A DNA stretch of 64,000 bases from Macrostomum lignano (taxonomy: Eukaryota). Numbering within the stretch: position 1 is the first letter of the stretch; each line of letters opens with the position of its first letter. The stretch covers positions 20,590-84,589 of the forward strand of contig NIVC01000601.1 of assembly GCA_002269645.1 (NCBI GenBank). The letters are read 5' to 3'. Below, piece after piece: positions 35,595 to 49,800 of the stretch. Under the pieces are notes generated by a model. That model ran no database searches. It was not told where the DNA came from and saw only the letters and a program-made list of their open reading frames with translations. A program made the position numbers and the translations under genes.

Positions 35595-37775
35595 TCCCAG
35601 ATCCCAGACTCTATTTATTCCCATATGAATCCCAGATCCCAGACTCGATTGAGTCCCATATGAATCCCAGATCCCAGACTCTTGATTCCCATCTGAATCC
35701 CAGATCCCAGACTCTTGATTCCCATCTGAATCCCAGATCCCAGACTCTATTTATTCCCATATGAATCCCAGATCCCAGACTCGATTGAGTCCCATATGAA
35801 TCCCAGATCCCAGACTCTTGATTCCCATCTGAATCCCAGATCCCAGACTCTTGATTCCCATCTGAATCCCAGATCCCAGACTCTATTGATTCCCATCTGA
35901 ATCCCAGATCCCAGACTCTTGATTCCCATCTGAATCCCAGATCCCAGACTCTATTGATTCCCATCTGAATCCCAGATCCCAGACTCTATTGATTCCCATA
36001 TGAATCCCAGATCCCAGACTCTTTTGATTCCCATCTGAATCCCAGATCCCAGACTCTTGATTCCCATCTGAATCCCAGATCCCAGACTCTTGATTCCCAT
36101 CTGAATCCCAGATCCCAGACTCTATTGATTCCCATATGAATCCCAGATCCCAGACTCTTGATTCCCATCTGAATCCCAGATCCCAGACTCTTGATTCCCA
36201 TCTGAATCCCAGATCCCAGACTCTATTGATTCCCATATGAATCCCAGATCCCAGACTCTATTGATTCCCAAATGAATCCCAGATCCCAGACTCTATTGAG
36301 TCCCATCTGAATCCCAGATCCCAGACTCTTGATTCCCATCTGAATCCCAGATCCCAGACTCTTGATTCCCATCTGAATCCCAGATCCCAGACTCTTGATT
36401 CCCATCTGAATCCCAGATCCCAGACTCTATTGATTCCCATCTGAATCCCAGATCCCAGACTCTATTGATTCCCATATGAATCCCAGATCCCAGACTCTTT
36501 TGATTCCCATCTGAATCCCAGATCCCAGACTCTTGATTCCCATCTGAATCCCAGATCCCAGACTCTTGATTCCCATCTGAATCCCAGATCCCAGACTCTA
36601 TTGATTCCCATATGAATCCCAGATCCCAGACTCTTGATTCCCATCTGAATCCCAGATCCCAGACTCTTGATTCCCATCTGAATCCCAGATCCCAGACTCT
36701 ATTGATTCCCATATGAATCCCAGATCCCAGACTCTATTGATTCCCAAATGAATCCCAGATCCCAGACTCTATTGAGTCCCATCTGAATCCCAGATCCCAG
36801 ACTCTTGATTCCCATCTGAATCCCAGATCCCAGACTCTATTGATTCCCATCTGAATCCCAGATCCCAGACTCTATTGATTCCCATATTAATCCCAGATCC
36901 CAGACTCTTTTGATTCCCATCTGAATCCCAGATCCCAGACTCTTGATTCCCATCTGAATCCCAGATCCCAGACTCTTGATTCCCATCTGAATCCCAGATC
37001 CCAGACTCTATTGATTCCCATATGAATCCCAGATCCCAGACTCTTGATTCCCATCTGAATCCCAGATCCCAGACTCTTGATTCCCATCTGAATCCCAGAT
37101 CCCAGACTCTATTGATTCCCATATGAATCCCAGATCCCAGACTCTATTGATTCCCAAATGAATCCCAGATCCCAGACTCTATTGAGTCCCATCTGAATCC
37201 CAGATCCCAGACTCTTGATTCCCATCTGAATCCCAGATCCCAGACTCTATTGGTTCCCATCTGAATCCCAGATCCCAGACTCTATTGAGTCCCATCTGAA
37301 CCCCAGATCCCAGACTCGATTGAGTCCCATCTGAATCCCAGATCCCAGACTCTATTGAGTCCCATCTGAATCCCAGATCCCAGACTCTATTGAGCCCCAT
37401 CTGAATCCCAGATCCCAGACTCTATTGATTCCCATATGAATCCCAGATCCCAGACTCTATTGAGTCCCATATGAATCCCAGATCCCAGACTCTATTGAGC
37501 CCCATCTGAATCCCAGATCCCAGACTCTATTGATTCCCATATGAATCCCAGATCCCAGACTCTATTGAGCCCCATCTGAATCCCAGATCCCAGACTCTAT
37601 TGATTCCCATATGAATCCCAGATCCCAGACTCTATTGAGTCCCATATGAATCCCAGATCCCAGACTCGGTTGAGTCCCATATGAATCCCAGATCCCAGAC
37701 TCTATTGATTCCCATCTGAATCCCAGATCCCAGACTCTATTGAGCCCCATCTGAATCCCAGATCCCAGACTCCCC
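35595..37775. repeat. 33-35-bp intergenic minisatellite (gaatcccagatcccagactctattgattcccatct)
   Basis: About 62 tandem units between the SND1-like and AMPD genes. Confidence 0.97.
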
Positions 37776-37871
37776 AAGTCCCAATCCCTCGTCTTAAATC
37801 CCAAGAGCTGAAATATCGAAGCGAATACCAAACGCATCAGTTGCTATGGAAAAAACTTTCTTCAGCCTCAG

Positions 37872-40800
37872 ATGAACACCAGCAGCAGCAGCGAGGAAAT
37901 TTTCCCAGATACTGCCGGCTGTCAAGATGACGCTGACAGCAGCAGCAGCAGCAGCAGCAGCGGTAGCAACAGCAACGCGGCCTCTTCAACGCTTAAGCGC
38001 CGCAGGCTTCGCTCGCCGGAGTCGCAGCAGCAGCAGCAGCAGCAGCAACAGCGAACTGACGACAGCGGCAGCGAGAAGGAGGACTGCAGCCGGAGCAGAA
38101 GAGGCAGCAACGACGACGACGATGACGACATGCTGGAGAGCGCCGAGCTGATGGAGTCCCTGGGCGCTGAGATCCTGCACCGGGTGGCCGGCAGCGGCGG
38201 CAACTCGGCCACGCCCTTCAATGTTAGCAAATTCCCTATTCAACGCATCGAGAGCGATCTGCACAAGATGGAGCACTTCCAGCATCAGCACCAGCACCAG
38301 TTGGCGGTCCCGCCGCCTCCGCCGCCACCTCCGCCGCCCGCGCCTCAGCTGGTGCTGGACGACGGCCACACTCGGTCCATTCAGTTCAAGCGAATCCACG
38401 TCACCGAGGATGAGCAGCAGCTGGGCTTCTCGGTGTCCGTCGCCTCGGACGAGAGCGCAGCCGAAGCCTGCGGCCACCTGACCTGGGCGCTGCGGGCTCG
38501 CCGGGGCTACATGGCCACCGCCGGGCAGCCGTTCTGCCAGACAGCGGCCAGGTATTTGGCCAGGCGCGGCTCATCGGACGGCTCGGCTGGGGAGGCGTCC
38601 GCTGCCGCTGCCGCTGCCGCTGCCGCTGCGACTCCCGGCCCAGCTTCCGTTTCATCTGCGTTACAGGCACCAGCTGCTGATGGCGAGGAAGCCCCGGTAA
38701 TTTTTGAGCTATTGGTCTGATGTTTGTGCTCCTCTAAAGCCAATGCGCGGTATCTGTCCGCTATAGTCGGGTGTTGAGTCATGCATTGTCGGGTGTCTTG
38801 AGTCATGCATTGTCTGATTTGAGTCATGCATTGTCTGATTTGAGTCATGCATTGTCGGGTGTCTTGAGTCATGCATTGTCTGATTTGAGTCATGCATTGT
38901 CTGATTTGAGTCATGCATTGTCGGGTGTCTTGAGTCATGCATTGTCTGATTTGGGTCATGCATTGTCTGATTTGAGTCATGCATTGTCTGATTTGAGTCA
39001 TGCATTGTCGGGTGTCTTGAGTCATGCATTGTCAGGTGTTGAGTCATGCATTGTCGGGTGTCTTGAGTCATGCATTGTCTGATTTGAGTCATGCATTGTC
39101 GGGTGTTGAGTCATGCATTGTCGGGTGTTGAGTCATGCATTGTCTGATTTGAGTCATGCATTGTCTGATTTGAGTCATGCATTGTCTGATTTGAGTCATG
39201 CATTGTCTGATTTGAGTCATGCATTGTCTGATTTGAGTCATGCATTGTCGGGTGTCTTGAGTCATGCATTGTCTGATTTGAGTCATGCATTGTCTGATTT
39301 GAGTCATGCATTGTCTGATTTGAGTCATGCATTGTCGGGTGTCTTGAGTCATGCATTGTCAGGTGTTGAGTCATGCATTGTCGGGTGTTGAGTCATGCAT
39401 TGTCTGATTTGAGTCATGCATTGTCGGGTGTTGAGTCATGCATTGTCTGATTTGAGTCATGCATTGTCAGGTGTTGAGTCATGCATTGTCTGATTTGAGT
39501 CATGCATTGTCGGGTGTCTTGAGTCATGCATTGTCTGATTTGGGTCATGCATTGTCTGATTTGAGTCATGCATTGTCTGATTTGAGTCATGCATTGTCGG
39601 GTGTCTTGAGTCATGCATTGTCAGGTGTTGAGTCATGCATTGTCGGGTGTTGAGTCATGCATTGTCTGATTTGAGTCATGCATTGTCGGGTGTTGAGTCA
39701 TGCATTGTCTGATTTGAGTCATGCATTGTCAGGTGTTGAGTCATGCATTGTCTGATTTGAGTCATGCATTGTCGGGTGTCTTGAGTTATGCATTGTCTGA
39801 TTTGAGTCATGCATTGTCTGATTTGAGTCATGCATTGTCTGATTTGAGTCATGCATTGTCTGATTTGAGTCATGCATTGTCTGATTTGAGTCATGCATTG
39901 TCGGGTGTCTTGAGTCATGCATTGTCTGATTTGGGTCATGCATTGTCTGATTTGAGTCATGCATTGTCTGATTTGAGTCATGCATTGTCGGGTGTCTTGA
40001 GTCATGCATTGTCAGGTGTTGAGTCATGCATTGTCGGGTGTTGAGTCATGCATTGTCGGGTGTCTTGAGTCATGCATTGTCGGGTGTCTTGAGTTATGCA
40101 TTGTCTGATTTGAGCCATGCATTGTCTGATTTGGGTCATGCATTGTCTGATTTGAGTCATGCATTGTCTGATTTGAGTCATGCATTGTCGGGTGTCTTGA
40201 GTCATGCATTGTCAGGTGTTGAGTCATGCATTGTCGGGTGTTGAGTCATGCATTGTCGGGTGTCTTGAGTCATGCATTGTCGGGTGTCTTGAGTTATGCA
40301 TTGTCTGATTTGAGCCATGCATTGTCTGATTTGAGTCATGCATTGTCTGATTTGAGTCATGCATTGTCGGGTGTCTTGAGTCATGCATTGTCTGATTTGA
40401 GTCATGCATTGTCGGGTGTTGAGTCATGCATTGTCTGATTTGAGTCATGCATTGTCGGGTGTTGAGTCATGCATTGTCTGATTTGAGTCATGCATTGTCG
40501 GGTGTTGAGTCATGCATTGTCTGATTTGAGTCATGCATTGTCGGGTGTTGAGTCATGCATTGTCTGATTTGAGTCATGCATTGTCAGGTGTTGAGTCATG
40601 CATTGTCTGATTTGAGTCATGCATTGTCGGGTGCTGAGTCATGGATTGCCTCTTTCAGTCATAGATAGTCATGTTTGGGTCATCAATTGTCACTGCTGAG
40701 TTATGAGTAATGAGTACGCATGGAACTTCACGCTCCTGAAATATCCAGGTATTTTCCCGCTCCGAATCGGGGGAGGCAGCCGTTGCCATAGAGATGCGCG

Positions 40801-41155
40801 GCGGGGTTTTCCACTTGTTGGCCGCCGACGGCAATGCTCTGCGCCTGCCCGGCCTGCGCTACGCCGACCGGGACGCCTTCCTGTCCGACCACAAGATCCT
40901 CATCGCCCTGACCTCCGACGGCCCGCTCAAGAGCTACTGCTTTCGCAGGCTGAGCTTCCTGCTCGCCAAGCACCAGCTGCACTCGCTGCTGAACGAGTTC
41001 GCTGAGGGCGCCGAGCAGAAGCTGGTGCCGCACAGGGACTTCTACAACATTAGGAAGGTGGACAATCATATTCACGGCGCCTCCGCCATGAACCAGAAAC
41101 ACCTGCTCAGGTTTATTAAGCGCTGTTTGAAGGCCTGCCCGGGAGAGAAGGTGAG

Positions 41156-41250
<95 letters not shown>

Positions 41251-41320
41251 CGCATGTCTGCCTGTCTGTTTGTCCGCCTGTCTGTCTGTCTGTCTGTCTT
41301 TCCACCTGTCTGTCTGTCTA

Positions 41321-41351
<31 letters not shown>

Positions 41352-44300
41352 TAGTGTCTTATCTGTCTTAGTGTCTTAGTCTGTCTGTCTGTCTGTCTAT
41401 CTGTCTGCCTATCTGCCTATTTGCCTGTCTGTCTGTCTCTCTGTCTATCTGTCTACCTGGCTTTATTGCATGCGTTTGTTAATTAAATAAACTAATTGTT
41501 TATAGAGCACAGTTGCTGAGGCTAGAATGTCTGCTGTTGCGCAGCTTGCTGCAACTGTAACTGAGACTGCAAAGTTAAAGTTAAAATGAAAAGTGCAATG
41601 ACAAGAGTCGGCAAAACTCAACACTGGAAATATTATGTTAAAAACTTAACGCCAATCCCGATTCTTCCCATTCTGAGTGCTTGCCACCAACCTTGCTCTG
41701 AAACTGAATGCATTTGTCAGCACGGCATCGCCTAATGTATTTAAAGTTGCTTTTCTGGCCCAGAGAGGCTTACTGCTTATTGATCTTCTGCGGAATGCAT
41801 TTGTCTAATTGCACCGTCTCCCCAACCTTCTCTGTCTCCCAGATCCCTTAACAAAGCGTTAAACACTCGCGATTCCCTCTGTAGTCAGGCAACCTTGGTT
41901 TTATTATATGGACGTGTGTGTCATTTTTTGTCATTTTTAACTCTAAATTTGTTCTGATTCATCTCTGCCCTTTCCACACCGTCTCCTTCCCCACCATCCA
42001 CTTCCCCAACATCTCCTTCCCCACCATCTCCTTCCCCACCATCCACTTCCCACCATCTCCTTCCCCACCATCTCCTTCCCCACCATCTCCTTCCCCACCA
42101 CTTCCCACCATCCACTTCCCCACAATCTCCTTCCCCAACATCTGCTTCCCCACCATCTCCTTCCCCACCATCTCCTTCCCCACCATCTCCTTCCCCACCA
42201 TCTCCTTCCCCACCATCTCCTTCCCCACCATCCACTTCCCCAACATCTCCTTCCCCACCATCTCCTTCCCCACCATCTCCTTCCCCACCATCCACTTCCC
42301 ACCATCTCCTTCCCCACCATCCACTTCCCCACCATCTCCTTCCCCACCATCCACTTCCCCACCATCTCCTTCCCCACCATCTCCTTCCCCACCATCCACT
42401 TCCCCACCATCCACTTCCCGACCATCCACTTCCCCACCATCTCCTTCCCCACCATCTCCTTCCCCACCATCTCCTTCCCCACCATCTCCTTCCCCACCAT
42501 CCACTTCCCACCATCTCCTTCCCCACCATCCACTTCCCCACCATCTCCTTCCCCACCATCTCCTTCCCCACCATCCACTTCCCCACCATCTCCTTCCCCA
42601 CCATCTCCTTCCCCACCATCCACTTCCCCACCATCCACTTCCCGACCATCCACTTCCCCACCATCTCCTTCCCCACCATCTCCTTCCCCACCATCTCCTT
42701 CCCCACCATCTCCTTCCCCACCATCCACTTCCCCACCATCTCCTTCCCCACCATCTCCTTCCCCACCATCCACTTCCCCACCATCCACTTCCCGACCATC
42801 CACTTCCCCACCATCTCCTTCCCCACCATCTCCTTCCCCACCATCTCCTTCCCCACCATCTCCTTCTCCACCATCTCCTTCCCCACCATCTCCTTCCCGA
42901 CCATCCACTTCCCCAACATCTCCTTCCCCACCATCCACTTCCCCACCATCCACTTCCCCACCATCTCCTTCCCCACCATCTCCTTCTCCACCATCTCCTT
43001 CCCCACGATCTCCTTCCCCACCATCCACTTCCCACCATCCACTTCCCCACCATCCACTTCCCGACCATCCACTTCCCCAACATCTCCTTCCCCACCATCT
43101 CCTTCCCCACCATCCACTTCCCGACCATCCACTTCCCCAACATCTCCTTCCCCACCATCCACTTCCCCACTGTCTCCTTCCCATCTTTTTCTATACATTT
43201 TGCCGCACCTTCACTCTCCCAGGTTTACGTTGACAAGTCTGGCCAGCTGTTGTCACTCAAGGAGATCTTCGAAGCCATGAAGATCACCGCCTACGACCTG
43301 AACATCGACATGCTGGATGTGCACGCCGACAAGCACACGTTTCAGCGCTTCGACAAATTCAACTCTAAATACAATCCGCTGGGCAGAAATCACCTTCGAG
43401 AGGTGTTTCTTAAAAGTGACAACTATATTGGCGGCAGATTCTTTGCCCAGTTACTGCGAGAGGTAAATATAATGTTTGGCGTCGGATGGGTCTGGGACTT
43501 AGTGGCTGCTTAAGAGTGTGTTGGTTCTCAACTAGTTCTCAACTAGTCTGAAGTAGACTCGGTGCTTAAATGAGGTAGGCTGCGAATTGAGGCTGGTGTT
43601 TAAAGTGAGGTGGGCTGCGGAGTGAGGTGGGCTGCAGAGTGAGGTGGGCTGCAGAGTGAGGTGGGCTGCAGAGTGAGGTGGGCTGCGGAGTGAGGTGTGA
43701 TGCGGAGTGAGGTGGGCTGCGGAGTGAGGTGGGCTGCAGAGTGAGGTGTGCTGCAGAGTGAGGTGTGCTGCAGAGTGAGGTGTGCTGCAGAGTGAGGTGG
43801 GCTGCGGAGTGAGGTGGGCTGCGGAGTGAGGTGTGCTGCAGAGTGAGGTGGGCTGCGGAGTGAGGTGGGCTGCAGAGTGAGGTGGGCTGCAGAGTGAGGT
43901 GGGCTGCAGAGTGAGGTGGGCTGCAGAGTGAGGTGTGCTGCAGAGTGAGGTGGGCTGCGGAGTGAGGTGTGCTGCAGAGTGAGGTGGGCTGCGGAGTGAG
44001 GTGTGCTGCAGAGTGAGGTGGGCTGCGGAGTGAGGTGGGCTGCAGAGTGAGGTGGGCTGCGGAGTGAGGTGGGCTGCAGAGTGAGGTGGGCTGCAGAGTG
44101 AGGTGGGCTGCAGAGTGAGGTGTGCTGCGGAGTGAGGTGGGCTACGGAAGAGACAATAGAGATTGTCTCTTAGAGATTGGAGACCCGCAGTTTCAGATCC
44201 TCTTCTCCACCCTCATTTTCCTCTCGCAGGTGATGCAGGATCTGCGCAACTCGACCTACCAGAACGCGGAGCTCCGCCTGTCAATCTACGGGCGCAGCTC

Positions 44301-46384
44301 CAACGAGTGGCACCGGCTGGCTAGCTGGGCGCACGAACACCGCATGCTGGACTTTGGTGATAATGTGCGCTGGATTATTCAGGTACCGAGGCTGTTCGAC
44401 GTTTACCGAAGGCATGGACAGCTGGACAATTTCCAGACCTTCTTGGACAATTTGTTCAGGTGAGTGATGGTGGGGTGTTCGGTTGGGCGATCGGATGCCG
44501 ATATTTGGTCAGGTGTCTTGAGTAATTGGTCAGGTGTCTTGAGTAATTGGTCAGGTGTCTTGAGTAATTGTTCAGGTGTCTTGAGTAATTGGTCAGGTGT
44601 CTTGAGTAATTGGTCAGGTGTCTTGAGTAATTGGTCAGGTGTCTTGAGTAATTGGTCAGGTGTCTTGAGTAATTGGTCAGGTGTCTTGAGTAATTGTTCA
44701 GGTGTCTTGAGTAATTGGTCAGGTGTCTTGAGTAATTGGTCAGGTGTCTTGAGTAATTGGTCAGGTGTCTTGAGTATTTAGTCAGGTGTCTTGAGTATTT
44801 AGTCAGGTGTCTTGAGTATTTGGTCAGGTATCTTGAGTATTTAGTAAGTGTCCTTCATTTGGTCAGGTGTCCTACATTTGGTCAGATGTCCTACATTTGG
44901 TCAGATGTCCTACATTTGGTCAGGTGTCCTACATTTGGTCAGATGTCCTACATTTGGTCAGGTGTCCTAGATTTTGGTGAGGAGAAACTGGAACCTGGCA
45001 ACGCAGCCTGAGTCACTCCTCGGCCATATTCCCCGAATTTTGCAGGCCGCTATTCGACGCCACAATGGACCCGGAAGGTCACCCGCAGCTCGCCAGCTTT
45101 CTCCAGTCGGTGGTGGCTTTCGATTCGGTTGACGACGAGTCCAAGCCCGAGTCGGTCGTGTTCGATCGCGACTCGCCGGAGCCCGCCGACTGGACGGACG
45201 CTGACCGGAACCCGCCGTACGCGTACTATCTGTACTATATGTACGCCAACCTGGTGCCGCTTAATGCGCTGCGCAAGGCTCGCGGTATACAGCCAATCAC
45301 GCTGAGGCCTCATTGCGGCGAGGCCGGGCCGGTGCATCACCTGGCCACCGCCTTCCTGCTGGCTGATAATATTAATCACGGCCTCCTGCTGAGAAAGGTG
45401 AGAGAATTGGATAGTTTTATTAGCTTGGGGTGGGTGTGTTTATTGCTACTCTCATTTCGGCTAATTGGTTTATCTTACCTTGGAATTGTTTTTTGATCTA
45501 ATTATTTTTGGCTAGGTGTGATCATTAACCCATTTGGCTAGGTGTGTTAATTACCCCTTTTGTCTAGGTCTTTTAATTACCCCGTTGATTAGGTGTGTTA
45601 ATTACCCCTTTTGTCTAGGTGTGTTAATTACCATTTTTGTCTAGGTGTGTTAATTACCCCTTTTGACTAGGTGTGTTAATTACCCATTTAACTAGGTGTG
45701 TTAATTACCCCTTCGGTTGTGAGTGGGGCCTAATTGACTTGGCTAGGTTTGCTATTAATGCTCAATCCAACCTACCCCAACACAAACCAGGCACCGGTGC
45801 TGCAGTACCTGTACTACCTGGCCCAGGTGCCCATGGCCATGTCTCCGCTATCTAACAACAGCCTCTTCCTGCCGTACAGCCGCAGCCCGCTGCCCGACTT
45901 CTTAGCTCGCGGCTTGTGCGTCACGCTAAGCACAGACGACCCGCTGATGTTCCACTTCACCAAGGAGCCCCTCATGGAGGAATACTCTATCGCTGCCCAG
46001 GTGTGGAAGCTCAGCAACACAGACATGTGCGAGCTGGCCCGCAACTCTGTGCTCATGTCCGGCTTCCCGCACGACGTCAAACAGCGCTGGCTGGGCTCCG
46101 GCTACCAACTGGAAGGCGTACCTGGCAACGACATCCGGCACACCAACCTGCCCAGCATCCGGGTGGCCTTCCGTTACGAGACTCTGCTGCACGAGTTGGA
46201 CTTGGTTACCGCGCCGCCCTGTCATCACGGCGGCGGCTCCGTGTCCTCGTCGAACCATCAGCAGCAGCAGCGGCACTCCAGCGGCGGAGGCGGCGGCTCC
46301 CGCAGAGTGTCCCGGTCGCACAGCCTGCACGGCGGAGTGTCTGGTACCTCGCCTCTGCCAGGCCCAGCCATGTTCCTGCCGTGA
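37872..46384 (+). CDS. AMPD: AMP deaminase (~880 aa); exons 37872-38696, 40749-41150, 43223-43462, 44230-44459, 45046-45397, 45791-46384
   Basis: [89 protein letters not shown]. All junctions are GT-AG and in phase; AATAAA at 46876. Confidence 0.96.
38765..40640. repeat. 21/23/25-bp intronic minisatellite (gagtcatgcattgtctgattt / ...gtcgggtgtctt)
   Basis: Fills AMPD intron 1. Confidence 0.97.
41975..43175. repeat. C-rich ~15-bp intronic minisatellite (ccccaccatctcctt)
   Basis: Lies just upstream of the acceptor at 43222. Confidence 0.96.
43605..44142. repeat. G-rich ~17-bp intronic minisatellite (gagtgaggtgggctgca)
   Basis: Located in AMPD intron 3. Confidence 0.95.
44503..44968. repeat. 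21-bp (ggtcaggtgtcttgagtaatt) and 20-bp intronic minisatellites
   Basis: Located in AMPD intron 4. Confidence 0.94.
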
Positions 46385-46479
46385 CATTTCCACCAGCCTG
46401 TGTCGTGTGCAGTGGCGCTTGGCCCGTTTCCTACTCCTTGCCTGACTCTCTGCCTCTCTCACGCATTCCATTCTTAGTC

Positions 46480-46742
46480 CGAGTCCAAGTCTAGATCCCT
46501 AGTATTGAGTCCGAGTCTGAGTCTAGATCCCTAGTATTGAGTTCGAGTCTGAGACTAGATCCCTAGTATTGAGTCCAAGTCCGGGTCTAGATCCCTAGTA
46601 TTGAGTTCGAGCCTGAGACTATATCCCTAGTATTGAGTCCGAGCCTGAGACTAGATCCCTAGTAGTGGGTCCGAGCCTGAGACTAGATCCCTAGTAGTGG
46701 GTCCGAGCCTGAGACTAGATCCCTAGTATTGGGTCCGAGTCT
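46480..46742. repeat. ~33-bp minisatellite downstream of the AMPD stop (ctagatccctagtattgagtccgagcctgaga)
   Basis: About 8 tandem copies. Confidence 0.9.
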
Positions 46743-47449
46743 TTCCTGCTTTTCTAATTTACTAAAAGCATCCGCCAGCTGCCGATTGCTGCCGCAGGGG
46801 CGAGAGCAGTCTCTGCTACTCAGCTTCTTCGACTCACCGGTGACTCGACGCGTGAACTGGCCTCTTCATGCCTAGAATAAAAGGTGGCATGCCGTTTAAA
46901 ATTTTAACCTGCGCTTGAAGTTTGCTTGCGTTTAACCCGAACCGAACACTCTGCTATTCATATAGCAGTTCTCAGGCTTCTAATCTCCTTTGTAACTAAC
47001 TATTATGGGAGGGCTTTCAGATGCTCAAACCTTGACAGGCTCAAAATTATTGTCAGAAGTCGTGAGCGCCAATACCGTACTCAGGCACGTTCTCATACGC
47101 TCGGACACACGCTCACACTGGGTGCTTACCATATTTTGTCACGTGGGTTTGGGAAATCCGCAGCTTCTGCGCCTCTAATTGTCCTTCGGGTGTCATTTGC
47201 TATTCTACATTAGCCATCAGTCTTTAAATTTAGGCCCATTGTTGTTTATTAGCTTTGCTGCCATGCAGTCCAAGCGCTCAAATTAGCTGTTCTTGTCTCA
47301 CCTGGCTGCATTTGACTTTTTTGCCTCCCAGCTGCCTTCCCCCCCCACAAGTCCCCATTCTCCTTCATCCCTTTCCCCCCTCTCCATCCCGCAGTTGATC
47401 GTCGTCGCCGCTGGTCCGCCAATCCGAGAAGCCGCTGCTGCGACACCTG

Positions 47450-48743
47450 AGGAGCTGCTGAGTGGCTGCTGAGGAGCTGCTGAGTGACTGCTGAGTGGCT
47501 GCTGAGTAGCTGCTGAGTGGCTGCTAACTAGCTGCTGAGTGGATGCTGAGTGGATGAGTGGCTGCTGAGTAGCTGCTGAGTGACTGCTGAGTGACTGCTG
47601 AGTGACTGCTGAGTGACTGCTGAGTGGCTGCTGAGTAGCTGCTGAGTGGCTGCTGAGTAGCTGCTGAGTGGCTGCTGAGTAGCTGCTGAGTGGCTGCTGA
47701 GTAGCTGCTGAGTAGCTGCTGAGTGGCTGCTGAGTAGCTGCTGAGTGGATGCTAACTAGCTGCTGAGTGGATGCTGAGTGGATGAGTGGCTGCTGAGTAG
47801 CTGCTGAGTGACTGCTGAGTGGCTGCTGAGTAGCTGCTGAGTGGCTGCTGAGTAGCTGCTGAGTGGCTGCTGAGTAGCTGCTGAGTGGATGCTGAGTGGA
47901 TGAGTGGCTGCTAAGTGGCTGCTGAGGAGCTGTTAGAGACAGTTAGCTGGGGACTTTTTGAAATCTCATCATAAATTTATACCATTTTTCTCCATATCCT
48001 CCTCGCTTGCTTGCATGCCGTATAAATGACTGTCGATTCTTTCTGGCCTGGCGTGAGTTTTTTGTTTGCTATATTTAGTCATGTTTACTAAGCATTTTTG
48101 CAATATTAACAACACGCTTCTCGAGTTTTATTGTACACGATATTTATATTGTTATTCGATTCATTTTCTAAATACTTTTTGTGAGCTTCTATTGTCATAA
48201 GTCATTCTTTTGTAGTAATAGCACATATTGTGCATGTTGTCTGGGGCGCAGCTAGGTTCTCGTATGTGCTGGAGCTCTCTCCAGTCTCACCGTCTCACTC
48301 TGTCTACCTCATTCTCTCCCTATCTCACTCTCTCCCTATCTCACTCTCTCCCTATCTCACTCTCTCCCTATCTCACTCTCTCCCCATCTCACTCTGTCCC
48401 TATCTCACTCTCTCCCTATCTCACTCTGTCCCTATCTCACTCTCTCCCTATCTCACTCTCTCCCTATCTCACTCTCTCCCTATCTCACTCTCTCCCTATC
48501 TCACTCTCTCCCTATCTCACTCTGTCCCTATCTCACTCTCTCCCTATCTCACTCTCTCCCCCCATCTCACTCTGTCCCTATCTCACTCTGTCCCTATCTC
48601 ACTCTCTCCCTATCTCACTCTGTCCCTATCTCACTCTCTCCCCATCTCACTCTGTCCCTATCTCACTCTGTCCCTATCTCACTCTCTCCCTATCTCACTC
48701 TCTCCCCATCTCACTCTCTCCCTATCTCTCTATCTCCCACTCT

Positions 48744-48823
<80 letters not shown>

Positions 48824-48824
48824 G

Positions 48825-48920
<96 letters not shown>

Positions 48921-49454
48921 ACTCTCTTCCAGCATATTTAATGCCTCTAATCTGTGTTTCCAGTCTTATAAAGTCGTGTTTTTTATTATTTTAGCTTTTG
49001 TCTTTTCAACAGCTGTTGCTGCTATTTTTGCCAGCTCGTATGATATTTAGTGTTTTTATTAGCATAATAGGCTAACAGTGCTCGCCAGCCTATTCAGCCG
49101 CTAGTCAGGCTTGGCCTCTGCTTTTGTTACATCATGCCATTGCCATATTTTTTAAATAGAATTTATTATAACTTCTATCTCTCGGTATTTTGCTGTGTCC
49201 ATTTTATTAACGTTGCAAGGTTTTTAGTCTGTGGCTTTTTATTCAAATAAATGTCCGAACTGTGCAGTTTGAAGTGCCCAGGTTGGTCTGGGGCTTCGCT
49301 TTTCTTCAGTTTTAGTCTGCATGAATTTGCTGTTTTTATTATTCAACAGTTTCGTGTTAGCGTTCAAGCCTTGCATTATTTGTCTCCTTTGCTGTGTCTG
49401 TGTCTGTCTTAGTGTCTTAGTGTCTTAGTGTCTTAGTGTCTGTCTGTCTGTCTG

Positions 49455-49545
<91 letters not shown>

Positions 49546-49738
49546 GTCTGTCTGTCTGTCTGTTTGTTTGTCTGTCTGTCTGTGTCTGTCTGTCTGTCTT
49601 AGTGTCTGTCTGTCTGTCTGTCTGTCTGTGTCTGTCTGTCTTAGTGTCTGTCTGTCTGTCTGTGTCTGTCTGTCTTAGTGTCTGTCTGTCTGTCTGTGTG
49701 TGTCTGTCTGTCTTAGTGTCTGTCTGTCTGTCTGTCTG

Positions 49739-49798
<60 letters not shown>

Positions 49799-49800
49799 CA
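47450..49800. repeat. Cluster of simple repeats: (gctgctgagtg)n 47450-47930, ~16-bp ctatctcactctctcc 48300-48740, (CT)n 48745-48915, (TGTC)n 49430-49800
   Basis: Direct tandem arrays. Confidence 0.92.
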
